IMG/VR virus record: IMGVR_UViG_3300029825_000539
Coordinates: 1 to 52,814 of that record
Reading direction: 5' to 3' (one strand)
Source of the DNA: a virus
Lineage: Duplodnaviria; Caudoviricetes
Length of the DNA: 52,814 bases
A program made the translations under genes and the position numbers. Every line of letters begins with the position of its first letter. Position 1 is the stretch's first letter. Shown here in pieces: positions 44,586 to 52,814 of this stretch. Under the pieces are notes generated by a model. That model saw only the letters and a program-made list of their open reading frames with translations, was not told the DNA's origin and made no database searches.

Positions 44586-45539
44586 ATGTGTGCCAATGAT
44601 GTTGTGATAGAAAGTACAAATTTAGCAGTGCAACCAACTGCTTTAAGTATGGAAATATCAACTAATGAAGCATTAAAAAAGATGCAAGAGTTACAAGGTT
44701 TTGTTAATCAAGTAATGATCAAAGGTGCTGATTATGGCGTTATCCCAGGTACCGGTGAGAGACCAGCTTTATATAAGTCTGGTGCAGAAAAGATGTGCGA
44801 AGTTTATGGGCTTGCACCAATAATTGAAATAGTAGATAAGACAGAAGATTGGAGTAAACCTCTCTTCAATTACACAATTAAATGTAAGTTAGTAAGCAAG
44901 CGTTACGGTTTTGTAGCAGCAGAAGGTATAGGAAATTGTAACAGCATGGAAAGTAAATTTCGTTGGCGGTGGGTTTGGGAAAATCAAGTTCCTGCTGGTA
45001 TCGATAAAAAGACCTTACAATACACAGAAACTAACAAAGGAAATAGGAGATACAGGATAGAGAATGATGACGTTTATTCACTGATTAACACAATATTGAA
45101 AATGGCCAAGAAAAGAGCATTAGTAGACGCTGCTTTATCTGCTACTAGAAGCTCTGGAATTTTCACTCAAGATGTAGAGGACTTTATTGAATATGACTTT
45201 ACAGAAAAAGAGCCGGAACACGTAAATAAGTCAAAAGCTCAGTACACAACTAGTAAGCAAAATACTAAACAACAACCTAAAAGTAAAGCTGAGTTTGTAA
45301 ACAAAAAAGAAGAAAGTAAACCTCAAGATACTAAGAACAACCAAGACAACAAGCCCAATAAAGATAATAAAGACAATGATTGGATTGAAGAAGCAAAAGC
45401 GATAGCATCAGAAACTGGCATGACAGAAGCGATGTTAGATAAATTCGTGCATGGAGTTTTCAAGAAGGACTTAAACGAGCTAACAAGCACAGAGATAAGC
45501 AACCTAATCACCCAGTTAGAAGAGCGAAAGAAAAAATAA
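44586..45539 (+). CDS. Putative single-strand annealing/recombination protein
   Basis: DYGVIPGT..PALYKSGAEK, NTILKMAKKRALVDA, IFTQDVED. Confidence 0.65.
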   Translation: MCANDVVIESTNLAVQPTALSMEISTNEALKKMQELQGFVNQVMIKGADYGVIPGTGERPALYKSGAEKMCEVYGLAPIIEIVDKTEDWSKPLFNYTIKCKLVSKRYGFVAAEGIGNCNSMESKFRWRWVWENQVPAGIDKKTLQYTETNKGNRRYRIENDDVYSLINTILKMAKKRALVDAALSATRSSGIFTQDVEDFIEYDFTEKEPEHVNKSKAQYTTSKQNTKQQPKSKAEFVNKKEESKPQDTKNNQDNKPNKDNKDNDWIEEAKAIASETGMTEAMLDKFVHGVFKKDLNELTSTEISNLITQLEERKKK

Positions 45540-45591
45540 AGGAGCAGGGGGCTTAATGCCTCCTGCCCACACCAGGGGGGTAAATGAGAAC

Positions 45592-45816
45592 ATGAAGGCT
45601 TTGCAATCAACAAGAGAGCGGACCTGCCGGTTAACTCTCCCTAGTATAGACTTGTCGCTGGTAAAAAATGACATTGAGCGGTTCTTAGATAAAGCAGGTG
45701 ACGTTATCTTTTTTAGTAATACTTTTGAAGCTATAATGGACTCTTTTGTTATACTAGCTGCTTTATATATTGTTGGCCACATTATAGCTGCAGTTATAAG
45801 AGGGTGGCCTATGTGA
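45592..45816 (+). CDS. Small membrane protein
   Basis: C-terminal hydrophobic helix. Confidence 0.5.
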   Translation: MKALQSTRERTCRLTLPSIDLSLVKNDIERFLDKAGDVIFFSNTFEAIMDSFVILAALYIVGHIIAAVIRGWPM

Positions 45817-46739
45817 TAGATAAACTTCAAGACAGAAGATCAAAAGGCTGGTTTTGGGATACAAATGATATTTTTGATGCTGGCCTATCGTGCTATGCAA
45901 TTTCGGTACGGATGTATTTAGCTAGATGCGCTGATATCAATGGCCAGTGCTTCCCTGCAATTAGCACCATTGCAGAAAAGTGTGGGACAAGCAGAACTTC
46001 TGTTGTTAGAGCACTAAAAGAACTGGAAGAAAAGGGATGGATAAAAAGAACATCTCGAAAGATTCCAGGCAGTAAAGCTAAAGCAACGAGTATTTATACA
46101 TTGCTTACACCAAATATACAAAAGGGACAACCAGATAATAAAAAAGATGTTATAGAAGAAACAGAAGCAAATAATCCAGACCTAGGACCACATAGAACCG
46201 AGGGTAGGACCACAGGGAACCTAGGGTCGGACCACATAGAACCTACCCTAGGACCACAGGGAACCAGGGAAGGACTACCCAATGAAGGACTAAATATAGA
46301 AGGACGATCCATAGAAGAAGATCGTCCCGACTCCGAGGAGCCGGTACCTTCCGACAATAAACCGGAAATAAAATACCCTTTAGAATCAATACCTTTTCTT
46401 TTAGCTCATTATCTCAGAGCGAAAATTCTTGAGAGAGACCCGGGAACTAAAGTTCCTGCTTATAATCTCGTAGCACTCCAATCATGGGCTACAGAAGCAG
46501 ACCGCATGATTAGACTGGACAATCGAGATCCTACAGAAGCTCAAGAATTAATAGAATGGTGTCAGAAAGACGATTTTTGGAGCTCTAATATTCTAAGCAT
46601 GAGCAGTTTTAGAAAACAGTACGACCGCCTTAAGAGGCAAAGAGAGACCGATATGTGTAGAGGAGGCACTGGATATGGGCGAAGTAATACAGCTTCAGAA
46701 AAGCCAAAAAACAATAAGTACGCGCATCTCTACAAATAG
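45804..46739 (+). CDS. Phage replication initiator (replisome organizer, HTH_36)
   Basis: CFPAISTIAEKCGTSRTSVVRALKELEEKGWI; FWSSNILS; internal iterons. Confidence 0.9.
   Translation: MAYVIDKLQDRRSKGWFWDTNDIFDAGLSCYAISVRMYLARCADINGQCFPAISTIAEKCGTSRTSVVRALKELEEKGWIKRTSRKIPGSKAKATSIYTLLTPNIQKGQPDNKKDVIEETEANNPDLGPHRTEGRTTGNLGSDHIEPTLGPQGTREGLPNEGLNIEGRSIEEDRPDSEEPVPSDNKPEIKYPLESIPFLLAHYLRAKILERDPGTKVPAYNLVALQSWATEADRMIRLDNRDPTEAQELIEWCQKDDFWSSNILSMSSFRKQYDRLKRQRETDMCRGGTGYGRSNTASEKPKNNKYAHLYK
46185..46265 (+). repeat. Lytic origin iterons: 4 x GGACCACA(TA/GG)GAACC at 22-bp period
   Basis: Starts at 46185, 46207, 46229 and 46251. Confidence 0.85.
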
Positions 46740-47316
46740 AGAAGATGACTGGATTAGAGTATTTGTGCCTTCTAGATTTAGCAACGCTAATCTAAAAGAT
46801 TTAATAATAAATGAGCATAACGCTGACATGGTAGCAAAAGCACGACAGTATGCAAAATATTTTGATGAATATACAACCACTGGACTGCTATTGTCTGGAA
46901 CTGTAGGAACAGGCAAAACTCACCTAAGCTTTGGCATAGGCAGATATTTAGCATCAAAAGGATTCTGGCCATACCGTAAAAGCTTTGTTGATATTTGTTT
47001 AGCTATTAAGCGCTCTTGGCGACAAGAAGTAAGCGAAGAAAGCCGAATCAAAGAACCTCTGTTAAAAGATTCCCCTATTATCATTGATGATCTTGGTGCT
47101 GAGATGAAAGAGAGATCTGAGCAGGGATGGGTTTCTGAGCTCCTATTTGAGATTGTGCAAACGCGATATGAAAAAGAACTACCAACAATTATTACTACTA
47201 ACTTGAAACTGGACGAGCTGTCACAGCGCTATGGTGAACGCACAGCATCAAGGATATGTGAAATGTGTACTGTTACCTGGACGGAAGGCTACGACTTCAG
47301 AATTGGAGGGATATAA
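46675..47316 (+). CDS. DnaC/IstB-like helicase loader ATPase
   Basis: GTVGTGKTHL, IIDDLGAE, PTIITTN, RTASRI. Confidence 0.9.
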   Translation: MGEVIQLQKSQKTISTRISTNREDDWIRVFVPSRFSNANLKDLIINEHNADMVAKARQYAKYFDEYTTTGLLLSGTVGTGKTHLSFGIGRYLASKGFWPYRKSFVDICLAIKRSWRQEVSEESRIKEPLLKDSPIIIDDLGAEMKERSEQGWVSELLFEIVQTRYEKELPTIITTNLKLDELSQRYGERTASRICEMCTVTWTEGYDFRIGGI

Positions 47317-47541
47317 ATGCCTAACGAAGAGCTTATTTCTCTAGCTGAGAGGATAGAGCAGCTTATAGATGATGCACAAGGAGCTAGGTACCAGGCAGAG
47401 TTTGCAGCTAGTGAATCAGAAGGGTGTAAAGCTGAGTTGCTTAGAGTTTGGACTTATATATCAGCAGCAGAGAAGCACCTAAAGAAAGCAAAAATGGCAG
47501 CACGGGCAGAGGAAATAAAAGATGCATCCTTGCATTGTTGA
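47317..47541 (+). CDS. Hypothetical helical protein
   Basis: GGAGG RBS, operon context. Confidence 0.55.
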   Translation: MPNEELISLAERIEQLIDDAQGARYQAEFAASESEGCKAELLRVWTYISAAEKHLKKAKMAARAEEIKDASLHC

Positions 47542-47884
47542 GCAATTCTTAGATGACCTAGATTATGTTTACTTGCTAGCTAAAAAATACAGCACGGAAA
47601 TAACAACAGCTGAAGTGGTTAGCAAAGTAATAGATTTATACCATTTTTATGACATCAGAAAAGCTAAACCAATAAGCCGAGAATGGGTGGAGAAAGGCAA
47701 AAGTATACGCAAAATGAGGCTGGAACTGGGCCTAACCCAGCAACAGGTGGGAGACATGATAGGAGTATGTGGCACAGCAGTGGGAAGAGCCGAGTTATGG
47801 AACCAGAGCAACAGAACAAGCAGAGATACACAACAAAGAATATATAGACTTTTAATTGAGTTAAAAAAGAAAGCTGGTGTATGA
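47522..47884 (+). CDS. Protein with C-terminal XRE HTH
   Basis: IRKMRLELGLTQQQVGDMIGV. Confidence 0.7.
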   Translation: MHPCIVEQFLDDLDYVYLLAKKYSTEITTAEVVSKVIDLYHFYDIRKAKPISREWVEKGKSIRKMRLELGLTQQQVGDMIGVCGTAVGRAELWNQSNRTSRDTQQRIYRLLIELKKKAGV

Positions 47885-48188
47885 GGTGAAGATAATATTT
47901 CCTGAGTTGCCAATAGTACAGGAATCAGAAATTAATGCTCAGGTAGCAAAAGTTAGAGAAGAAGCTGCAGAACTGATTGAAGCCATTGAGCTTTGTAAGC
48001 CAAGTAACAAGTCCGATCTTTATGACATGCTTGGTGAAGCATTAGATACAGCCCAAGCTATAGCCGGACTTTTAGAAATGATTGATGACGCAACTCTAGA
48101 AACCGCTGTTGAAATACATGACGAAAAACTAAGAAGAAAGTACGGCGCTAGGGGTTATATGGCAGTGATCCGTAGGGAGGAGAGGTAG
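47877..48188 (+). CDS. MazG-like all-alpha NTP pyrophosphohydrolase
   Basis: KVREEAAEL...GEALDTAQ acidic motifs. Confidence 0.5.
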   Translation: MYEVKIIFPELPIVQESEINAQVAKVREEAAELIEAIELCKPSNKSDLYDMLGEALDTAQAIAGLLEMIDDATLETAVEIHDEKLRRKYGARGYMAVIRREER

Positions 48189-48560
48189 ATGGGCTACCAG
48201 GCAACGATAGTTGATAATTTTATCTGTGAGCTGAGAAGAACGCAAGATTTATTGCAGGAAAAGGGTTTAAACGCTACTCCTAGCCAGATAGTGGAAGGAG
48301 TTATGAAAATATTTAGACCGGAAACTCGCGAATCGAAGAAGATAAAAGATAAAGCTGTAATAAGCCCAGAACGTGAACGGATAAATGCAGAAGCAAAGCA
48401 GAGAATTAAAAACTTAAACATAACTCAAAGAGAGTTCGGCCGGAGAGTAGGTCTTACAGAATCGTCAGTCTGCTATATACATCGCATAAGCAATGAAACG
48501 ATGAAAAAAGTTTTAGATATGCTAGACGTTGTTGAGAAAGAAGAAAGGATGGGCTTATAA
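48189..48560 (+). CDS. Protein with C-terminal XRE HTH, paralogue of 47522-47884
   Basis: IVDNF...IVEGV...IS.E...ITQREFGRRVGL. Confidence 0.65.
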   Translation: MGYQATIVDNFICELRRTQDLLQEKGLNATPSQIVEGVMKIFRPETRESKKIKDKAVISPERERINAEAKQRIKNLNITQREFGRRVGLTESSVCYIHRISNETMKKVLDMLDVVEKEERMGL

Positions 48561-48968
48561 ATGGGTTTTAATAGAGCTATTTTAATTGGTCGTCTTACCC
48601 GCGACCCAGAGCTGAAATACACAACAAACGGTAAGGCGGTTACTACATTCACTTTAGCAGTGGATAGAGATTTTACTAACCAGCAAGGCGAGCGGGAAGC
48701 AGATTTTATTCCTGTTGTAGCTTGGAATAAGCTTGCGGAAACGATTGCACACAATTTATCAAAAGGGCGATTAATTGCAATCGAAGGCAGAATTCAAGTG
48801 CGCACTTATGATGATAAAGAAGGCGTCAAAAGATACGCAACAGAGATAATAGCTGATAAAATGCAGTTCCTAGAAAAGAAGCAAGACAGCGAGCAAAGCT
48901 ATAGCAAAAGAGACGATGGAGACGACCGGCCGGAAGTAGACTTTGGTGACGATGATGTACCGTTCTAA
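48561..48968 (+). CDS. ssb: Single-stranded DNA-binding protein
   Basis: NRAILIGRLTRDPEL...DDDVPF. Confidence 0.97.
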   Translation: MGFNRAILIGRLTRDPELKYTTNGKAVTTFTLAVDRDFTNQQGEREADFIPVVAWNKLAETIAHNLSKGRLIAIEGRIQVRTYDDKEGVKRYATEIIADKMQFLEKKQDSEQSYSKRDDGDDRPEVDFGDDDVPF

Positions 48969-49106
48969 AAAATGATATCGTGCAGAGGGTGGTTACTCAC
49001 CTAAAAGACGCTGAACTATAACCACATAGTCTGGACAGCCAACGTGTTTGTTATACAAACATAGTGTTATAAATACTACTTTTAGACTTAAGGAGGCGTT
49101 GCGATT

Positions 49107-49319
49107 ATGTCACGTTATGGTATAGGAAGCAAGGTTAAATTAAATAGTCAAAAAAGCTTAACTATCGAAGAAAGAGCCCGTTTATCCTGTGCTGGGATAA
49201 GAAAAGGCTATGAATATGAGGTTGAAAAGTATGTACCTGCGCCATGGTGCAATTTGATATTGAAAGATGCAATGTCTTGGTGGCCAGCAGACTGGTTTGA
49301 ACCGGTTGAAGTCGCATAA
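49107..49319 (+). CDS. Small SH3-like hypothetical protein
   Basis: AAGGAGG RBS; IGSKVK...WPADWFEPV. Confidence 0.6.
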   Translation: MSRYGIGSKVKLNSQKSLTIEERARLSCAGIRKGYEYEVEKYVPAPWCNLILKDAMSWWPADWFEPVEVA

Positions 49320-49816
49320 TGATAGGCCACAATATCAACTCAAGCTATGCAAACCGAGGTAAAAGACTAGAAACTCTTATTGATTATCAAAACCACCTCT
49401 ATCTCATAAAAAAGCTAGCAATTGTTCATAAAATACCTGTTGAACATAAGACATACCACGGCCAAAGTTGGTTTAATCAGCCTTCTATCGTAGATTATGT
49501 TGGTTTAACAAGCGGTAAAGCTATTGCTTTTGATGCGAAAATGACAGGTGCTAAAAACCTACCTCTGGCAAACATACCAGATCATCAGGTCGAGTTTTTA
49601 ACAGACTGGCAAACTCAAGGCGGGCAAAGCTTCCTGGTAGTTGAGTTTACAGCGGTAAACGAGATATATAGGTTGCCACTGTATGTGTTACAGGAAGCGA
49701 TAGAAGAAGCAACAAAAGGCGGCAGGAAAAGCATTCCTCTTAAAATATTCAGAGCACAAGCAAAGAGAATAGAGGCGAAAAGTGTATTCCCATTAGATTA
49801 CCTAAACCTGGCATAA
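49319..49816 (+). CDS. recU: RecU Holliday junction resolvase
   Basis: ANRGKRLE, VHKIP, VDYVG, AFDAK, HQVEFL. Confidence 0.9.
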   Translation: MIGHNINSSYANRGKRLETLIDYQNHLYLIKKLAIVHKIPVEHKTYHGQSWFNQPSIVDYVGLTSGKAIAFDAKMTGAKNLPLANIPDHQVEFLTDWQTQGGQSFLVVEFTAVNEIYRLPLYVLQEAIEEATKGGRKSIPLKIFRAQAKRIEAKSVFPLDYLNLA

Positions 49817-50053
49817 AGGTGGAGGTGAAAACATTGAACTGGTTCTTATTAAGTTTGAAATATGGCGAGATTTGGAGAGATTCCGGAGATGGGCTTATTG
49901 ACTGGTTGCGGACAAAAAAGAAGCTTAGATCAATCTCCATAAATACCACTGGCAGACTTCAAAAATTATTCATTACTAGGTATTACTCGCTACCTCCTTA
50001 GAGAGTTTATACGCTCTCTGCTACAGCAAAGGAAAACATGAGGTGAGAAAGAT

Positions 50054-50368
50054 ATGGATAACGGAGTAAACAGATACTTTATATATGCTGTGCATGCAAT
50101 CGAACTAGAAAACCTGATAAAAGCCATGCCTGCTTTTATGCCCCAAAAAGTAAGAGACTTATTCTACAACTTGAAAGAGACAATAAGTAATCTCAGTGTA
50201 GCTGATATAGAAAAGGCAAAGGAACATAATGAAAAAGCTTATCAAGTTATAAAAACACTAGTAGGCAAAGAAGCTGATCAACTTACACCAATTGATGAGC
50301 TTAAAGAAATTCTGTTATATGAATTTATGCTCGAGACAATAAGAGAAAGTGCTAATACTGCTAAGTAA
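50054..50368 (+). CDS. Hypothetical protein
   Basis: GAGGTG RBS, 104 aa. Confidence 0.6.
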   Translation: MDNGVNRYFIYAVHAIELENLIKAMPAFMPQKVRDLFYNLKETISNLSVADIEKAKEHNEKAYQVIKTLVGKEADQLTPIDELKEILLYEFMLETIRESANTAK

Positions 50369-50419
50369 GGGGTGCAACAAGAGCACTTATTGCCCATTGC
50401 TTATATAAGGAGGGCTAAA

Positions 50420-50650
50420 ATGGCTGTGTTGATAGTAATAACAATTATTGTTATAGCTTTAGCAGTTGGAATCTATTGCTACTTGCGTGGTTATCGAAGC
50501 GGTTTAGCTGACGGGACAACAGAAGGCTGGTACTGGGGCTATGGGGATGCAAAAGAAGACTTACTTAATGGCTATATAGCAGACACAGACACTGGAGTAT
50601 TTCATAGTGTACTAGACATAAACAAAGGCGGTGCCAGCGATGATAAATAG
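50420..50650 (+). CDS. Small membrane-anchored protein
   Basis: AAGGAGG RBS, N-terminal TM, G(Y/W)xxG repeats. Confidence 0.6.
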   Translation: MAVLIVITIIVIALAVGIYCYLRGYRSGLADGTTEGWYWGYGDAKEDLLNGYIADTDTGVFHSVLDINKGGASDDK

Positions 50651-51311
50651 AAGCCTCTTCACATCGGATAAAAAGGATTGGGGTACTCCTCAAACACTTT
50701 TCGACACCCTAAACAATGAATTCAATTTTACGCTAGATGTCTGTGCAAATGAAAGCAACGCTAAGCTACCTAGATACTTTACACCTGAAGAAGATGGACT
50801 AGTTCAAAGTTGGGCAGGAGAACACTGTTTCATGAATCCACCATACGGAGAGCCTGAAAAAGCTTGTGAACCTAATTGCAAGAAAAAGACATGCAAAAAG
50901 AGGGGATACCACCTAACTGAAGACGCTCCAGGGATTATACATTGGGTTAAAAAAGCTTTCGAAGAATCGCAAAAGGGCGCTCTCGTGATTGGCCTCTTAC
51001 CAGCGAGAACGGATACTATCTGGTGGCAAAAGTATGTGATGGAAGCTGTAGAAATCAGATTAATTAAAGGCAGGCTTGCGTTTGTGGGAGGACCAAATAC
51101 TGCACCCTTCCCTTCCGCAATTGTAAAGTGGACAAATACTAGGAGCTATAATCATCCTTTTGTGTATGGCTGGGACTGGAAAATAAAACCAGATATTATG
51201 GGAGCTTTCAAAGCTATTTATGAAGCATGTCCTACTGCTTGGAGCGGAATGACAGACGAAGAGATAATCCAAGCAATTAGACAAATGAGGGGGTACGAAG
51301 ATGGAAATTAA
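50640..51311 (+). CDS. Phage Dam-family (PF05869-type) DNA N6-adenine methyltransferase
   Basis: WGTP, FTLDVCA, FMNPPY, LLPARTDT, GRLAF, APFPS. Confidence 0.9.
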   Translation: MINRSLFTSDKKDWGTPQTLFDTLNNEFNFTLDVCANESNAKLPRYFTPEEDGLVQSWAGEHCFMNPPYGEPEKACEPNCKKKTCKKRGYHLTEDAPGIIHWVKKAFEESQKGALVIGLLPARTDTIWWQKYVMEAVEIRLIKGRLAFVGGPNTAPFPSAIVKWTNTRSYNHPFVYGWDWKIKPDIMGAFKAIYEACPTAWSGMTDEEIIQAIRQMRGYEDGN

Positions 51312-51855
51312 ACCGGTTTTACAGCCCCCGAATAATGAAACTCCTGAGCATTTTTATCTTAAGCAAATTGCCAAAATCTGGCTAAAGGTGCAGCAACAAT
51401 GCCAGTATGTAGCAAACGAGATTTATATACCTGGTGATAGATATGAGGGGAGAGAAGAAAGAAGTATTAGCGATGCTGCAGGAGTGAAAAAAAGGCATAT
51501 AAAAGGGCCGGTTTACGACTACACCGTTTTTAATATTGAAGTAAAAGTTTCAAAGTCTGATTATCTAACTGGCTATTGCACAGGAGGTCATTATAACTGG
51601 GTAATGACACCAAAGGGGTTGCTGAAGCCAGAGGAACTGCCTACAACAATAGGCTTGATTGAAGTTGATTTAGATAAATGCAAGATTGAACAAAACGTAA
51701 AATATGCAAAACCTGTTTTTTGTGGACTAGAGACAGCAAAAAAACCACGCAAACGAATGGTGGAATACGGAACTGCTTTAGAAGTTGTAGACAATATATG
51801 CAGGCGCTTAACTAATCAAGATGTTTACAATAACCCCTGGGTAAAGATTGGTTAA
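51301..51855 (+). CDS. PD-(D/E)XK nuclease-fold protein (MmcB-like)
   Basis: E...SDAAG...IEVKVSKSDY...IGLI. Confidence 0.65.
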   Translation: MEIKPVLQPPNNETPEHFYLKQIAKIWLKVQQQCQYVANEIYIPGDRYEGREERSISDAAGVKKRHIKGPVYDYTVFNIEVKVSKSDYLTGYCTGGHYNWVMTPKGLLKPEELPTTIGLIEVDLDKCKIEQNVKYAKPVFCGLETAKKPRKRMVEYGTALEVVDNICRRLTNQDVYNNPWVKIG

Positions 51856-51870
51856 GCATATTAGGAGGGT

Positions 51871-52107
51871 GTGAAGATGAAAAATATATCACTGGTATTA
51901 ATAATCATTATGATTATATACACGCTAGCAGTTCTCTTTTTGAGGTCCGATCAAATGCTAGCAGAAAGCAAGCTTAACTTAATATATGTACTGCATGAGA
52001 ACCGCCTTGAGCTGATAGCTGAAAATGAAAATACCTACACTATCAGAGATACAACAAACAACCACTTTTACGAGATACCGAAGAATGACTTGTTAGTGAA
52101 ATTGTAA
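51871..52107 (+). CDS. Small membrane-anchored hypothetical protein
   Basis: AGGAGG RBS, N-terminal TM. Confidence 0.55.
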   Translation: MKMKNISLVLIIIMIIYTLAVLFLRSDQMLAESKLNLIYVLHENRLELIAENENTYTIRDTTNNHFYEIPKNDLLVKL

Positions 52108-52128
52108 AGGAAAAGAGGGGAAGACAAG

Positions 52129-52404
52129 ATGGCAGACACCAAGAGAGAGGGTTCCCGAGGGAGGGGTGAGCAAATGGAAACTGATTATATTGCTAAAATT
52201 ATTGGTTTCTACAGAAAAGAAGCGACTAAAATACCTCTCAAATGCGAACATCCTACATGCTTATTTGATATTACCAACATCCATATAGAAGCCACAAAAA
52301 AATTATATGCCAAATGGAAAGCAGAGTGCCCACATATATGCCCTAAGTGGAGAGAAGAAGAATTTGATAAGAATAATACCAAAAATGCTAATCCAGACGA
52401 ATAG
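52129..52404 (+). CDS. Small Cys-containing hypothetical protein
   Basis: ORF in operon; true start may be 52174. Confidence 0.5.
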   Translation: MADTKREGSRGRGEQMETDYIAKIIGFYRKEATKIPLKCEHPTCLFDITNIHIEATKKLYAKWKAECPHICPKWREEEFDKNNTKNANPDE

Positions 52405-52437
52405 GATATCCCTAATGCAAAAACGGAGGGGTAGAAG

Positions 52438-52814
52438 ATGAGCCTTTGCGTAGATACAGAGAGAATATTTGCCTATCGTGGGAAGACAAAAGACAATGGT
52501 GAGTGGGTTTATGGAGGATATTATTGGATAGAACTTGGAAAAGCACGAAAACATTATATTTTTAGTTCTGGAGCTTCTAACGTGTATGACATTGAGATTG
52601 AGCCGGGAACGGCCGATAGATGGACTGGTAGAGAAGACAAAAATGACAATGAAGTTTTTGAGAATGATATCCTGGCAGTAGGTAGCAGCAGAGTTCTTAG
52701 CCTCGTTTTTTGGGATCGTGAAAATAGCCGTTTTTCTCTTAAAAATTTAATTCGTAACGAAATCTATCCTTTCGATAGTCGTTTTGATAAAGAAGATATT
52801 GAAGTTGTTGGGGA
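52438..52814 (+). CDS. YopX-family protein (3' truncated by the window)
   Basis: YRGKTKDNGEWVYG...TGREDKNDNEVFENDIL...IEVVG. Confidence 0.8.
   Translation, partial: MSLCVDTERIFAYRGKTKDNGEWVYGGYYWIELGKARKHYIFSSGASNVYDIEIEPGTADRWTGREDKNDNEVFENDILAVGSSRVLSLVFWDRENSRFSLKNLIRNEIYPFDSRFDKEDIEVVG

Larger units (their letters stand above)
1..52814. mobile_element. Temperate siphovirus, probably a phage-plasmid (partial genome)
   Basis: Continuous head-tail-lysis, immunity and replication modules plus ParA, Rep and a Xer resolvase; no host genes or att junction seen. Confidence 0.9.

Noticed and set aside
49001-49085. tRNA gene
   Set aside because: No TTCRA T-loop, D-loop GG or CCA; kept only as a generic structure

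Overview
The whole window is one temperate siphovirus of a low-GC Bacillota host; no host chromosomal genes are visible, and terminase and portal lie outside it. The + strand (1-24.4 kb) carries head, tail and lysis genes: MuF with a C-terminal metallopeptidase, protease/scaffold, capsid, neck, tail tube, chaperones, tape measure, a very large Dit, Tal, and holin/lysozyme. A - strand operon (24.4-31.9 kb) under a strong sigmaA promoter encodes an SNF2 helicase, IbrA (PAPS-reductase-like) and a GNAT-IbrB(ParB) fusion. A plasmid-maintenance block (32-39 kb) holds a candidate type I toxin-antitoxin, a Rep with countertranscript RNA, a 31x7-bp array with a DnaA box, ParA plus adaptor, a candidate SAM lyase, and a Xer-type resolvase with a dif-like 11-6-11 site. 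Two divergent repressor switches (39.9-43.2 kb) precede a lambdoid lytic replication/recombination module with its own iteron origin. The element looks like a phage-plasmid with two replicons. All protein calls come from motif recognition by eye, not database searches.
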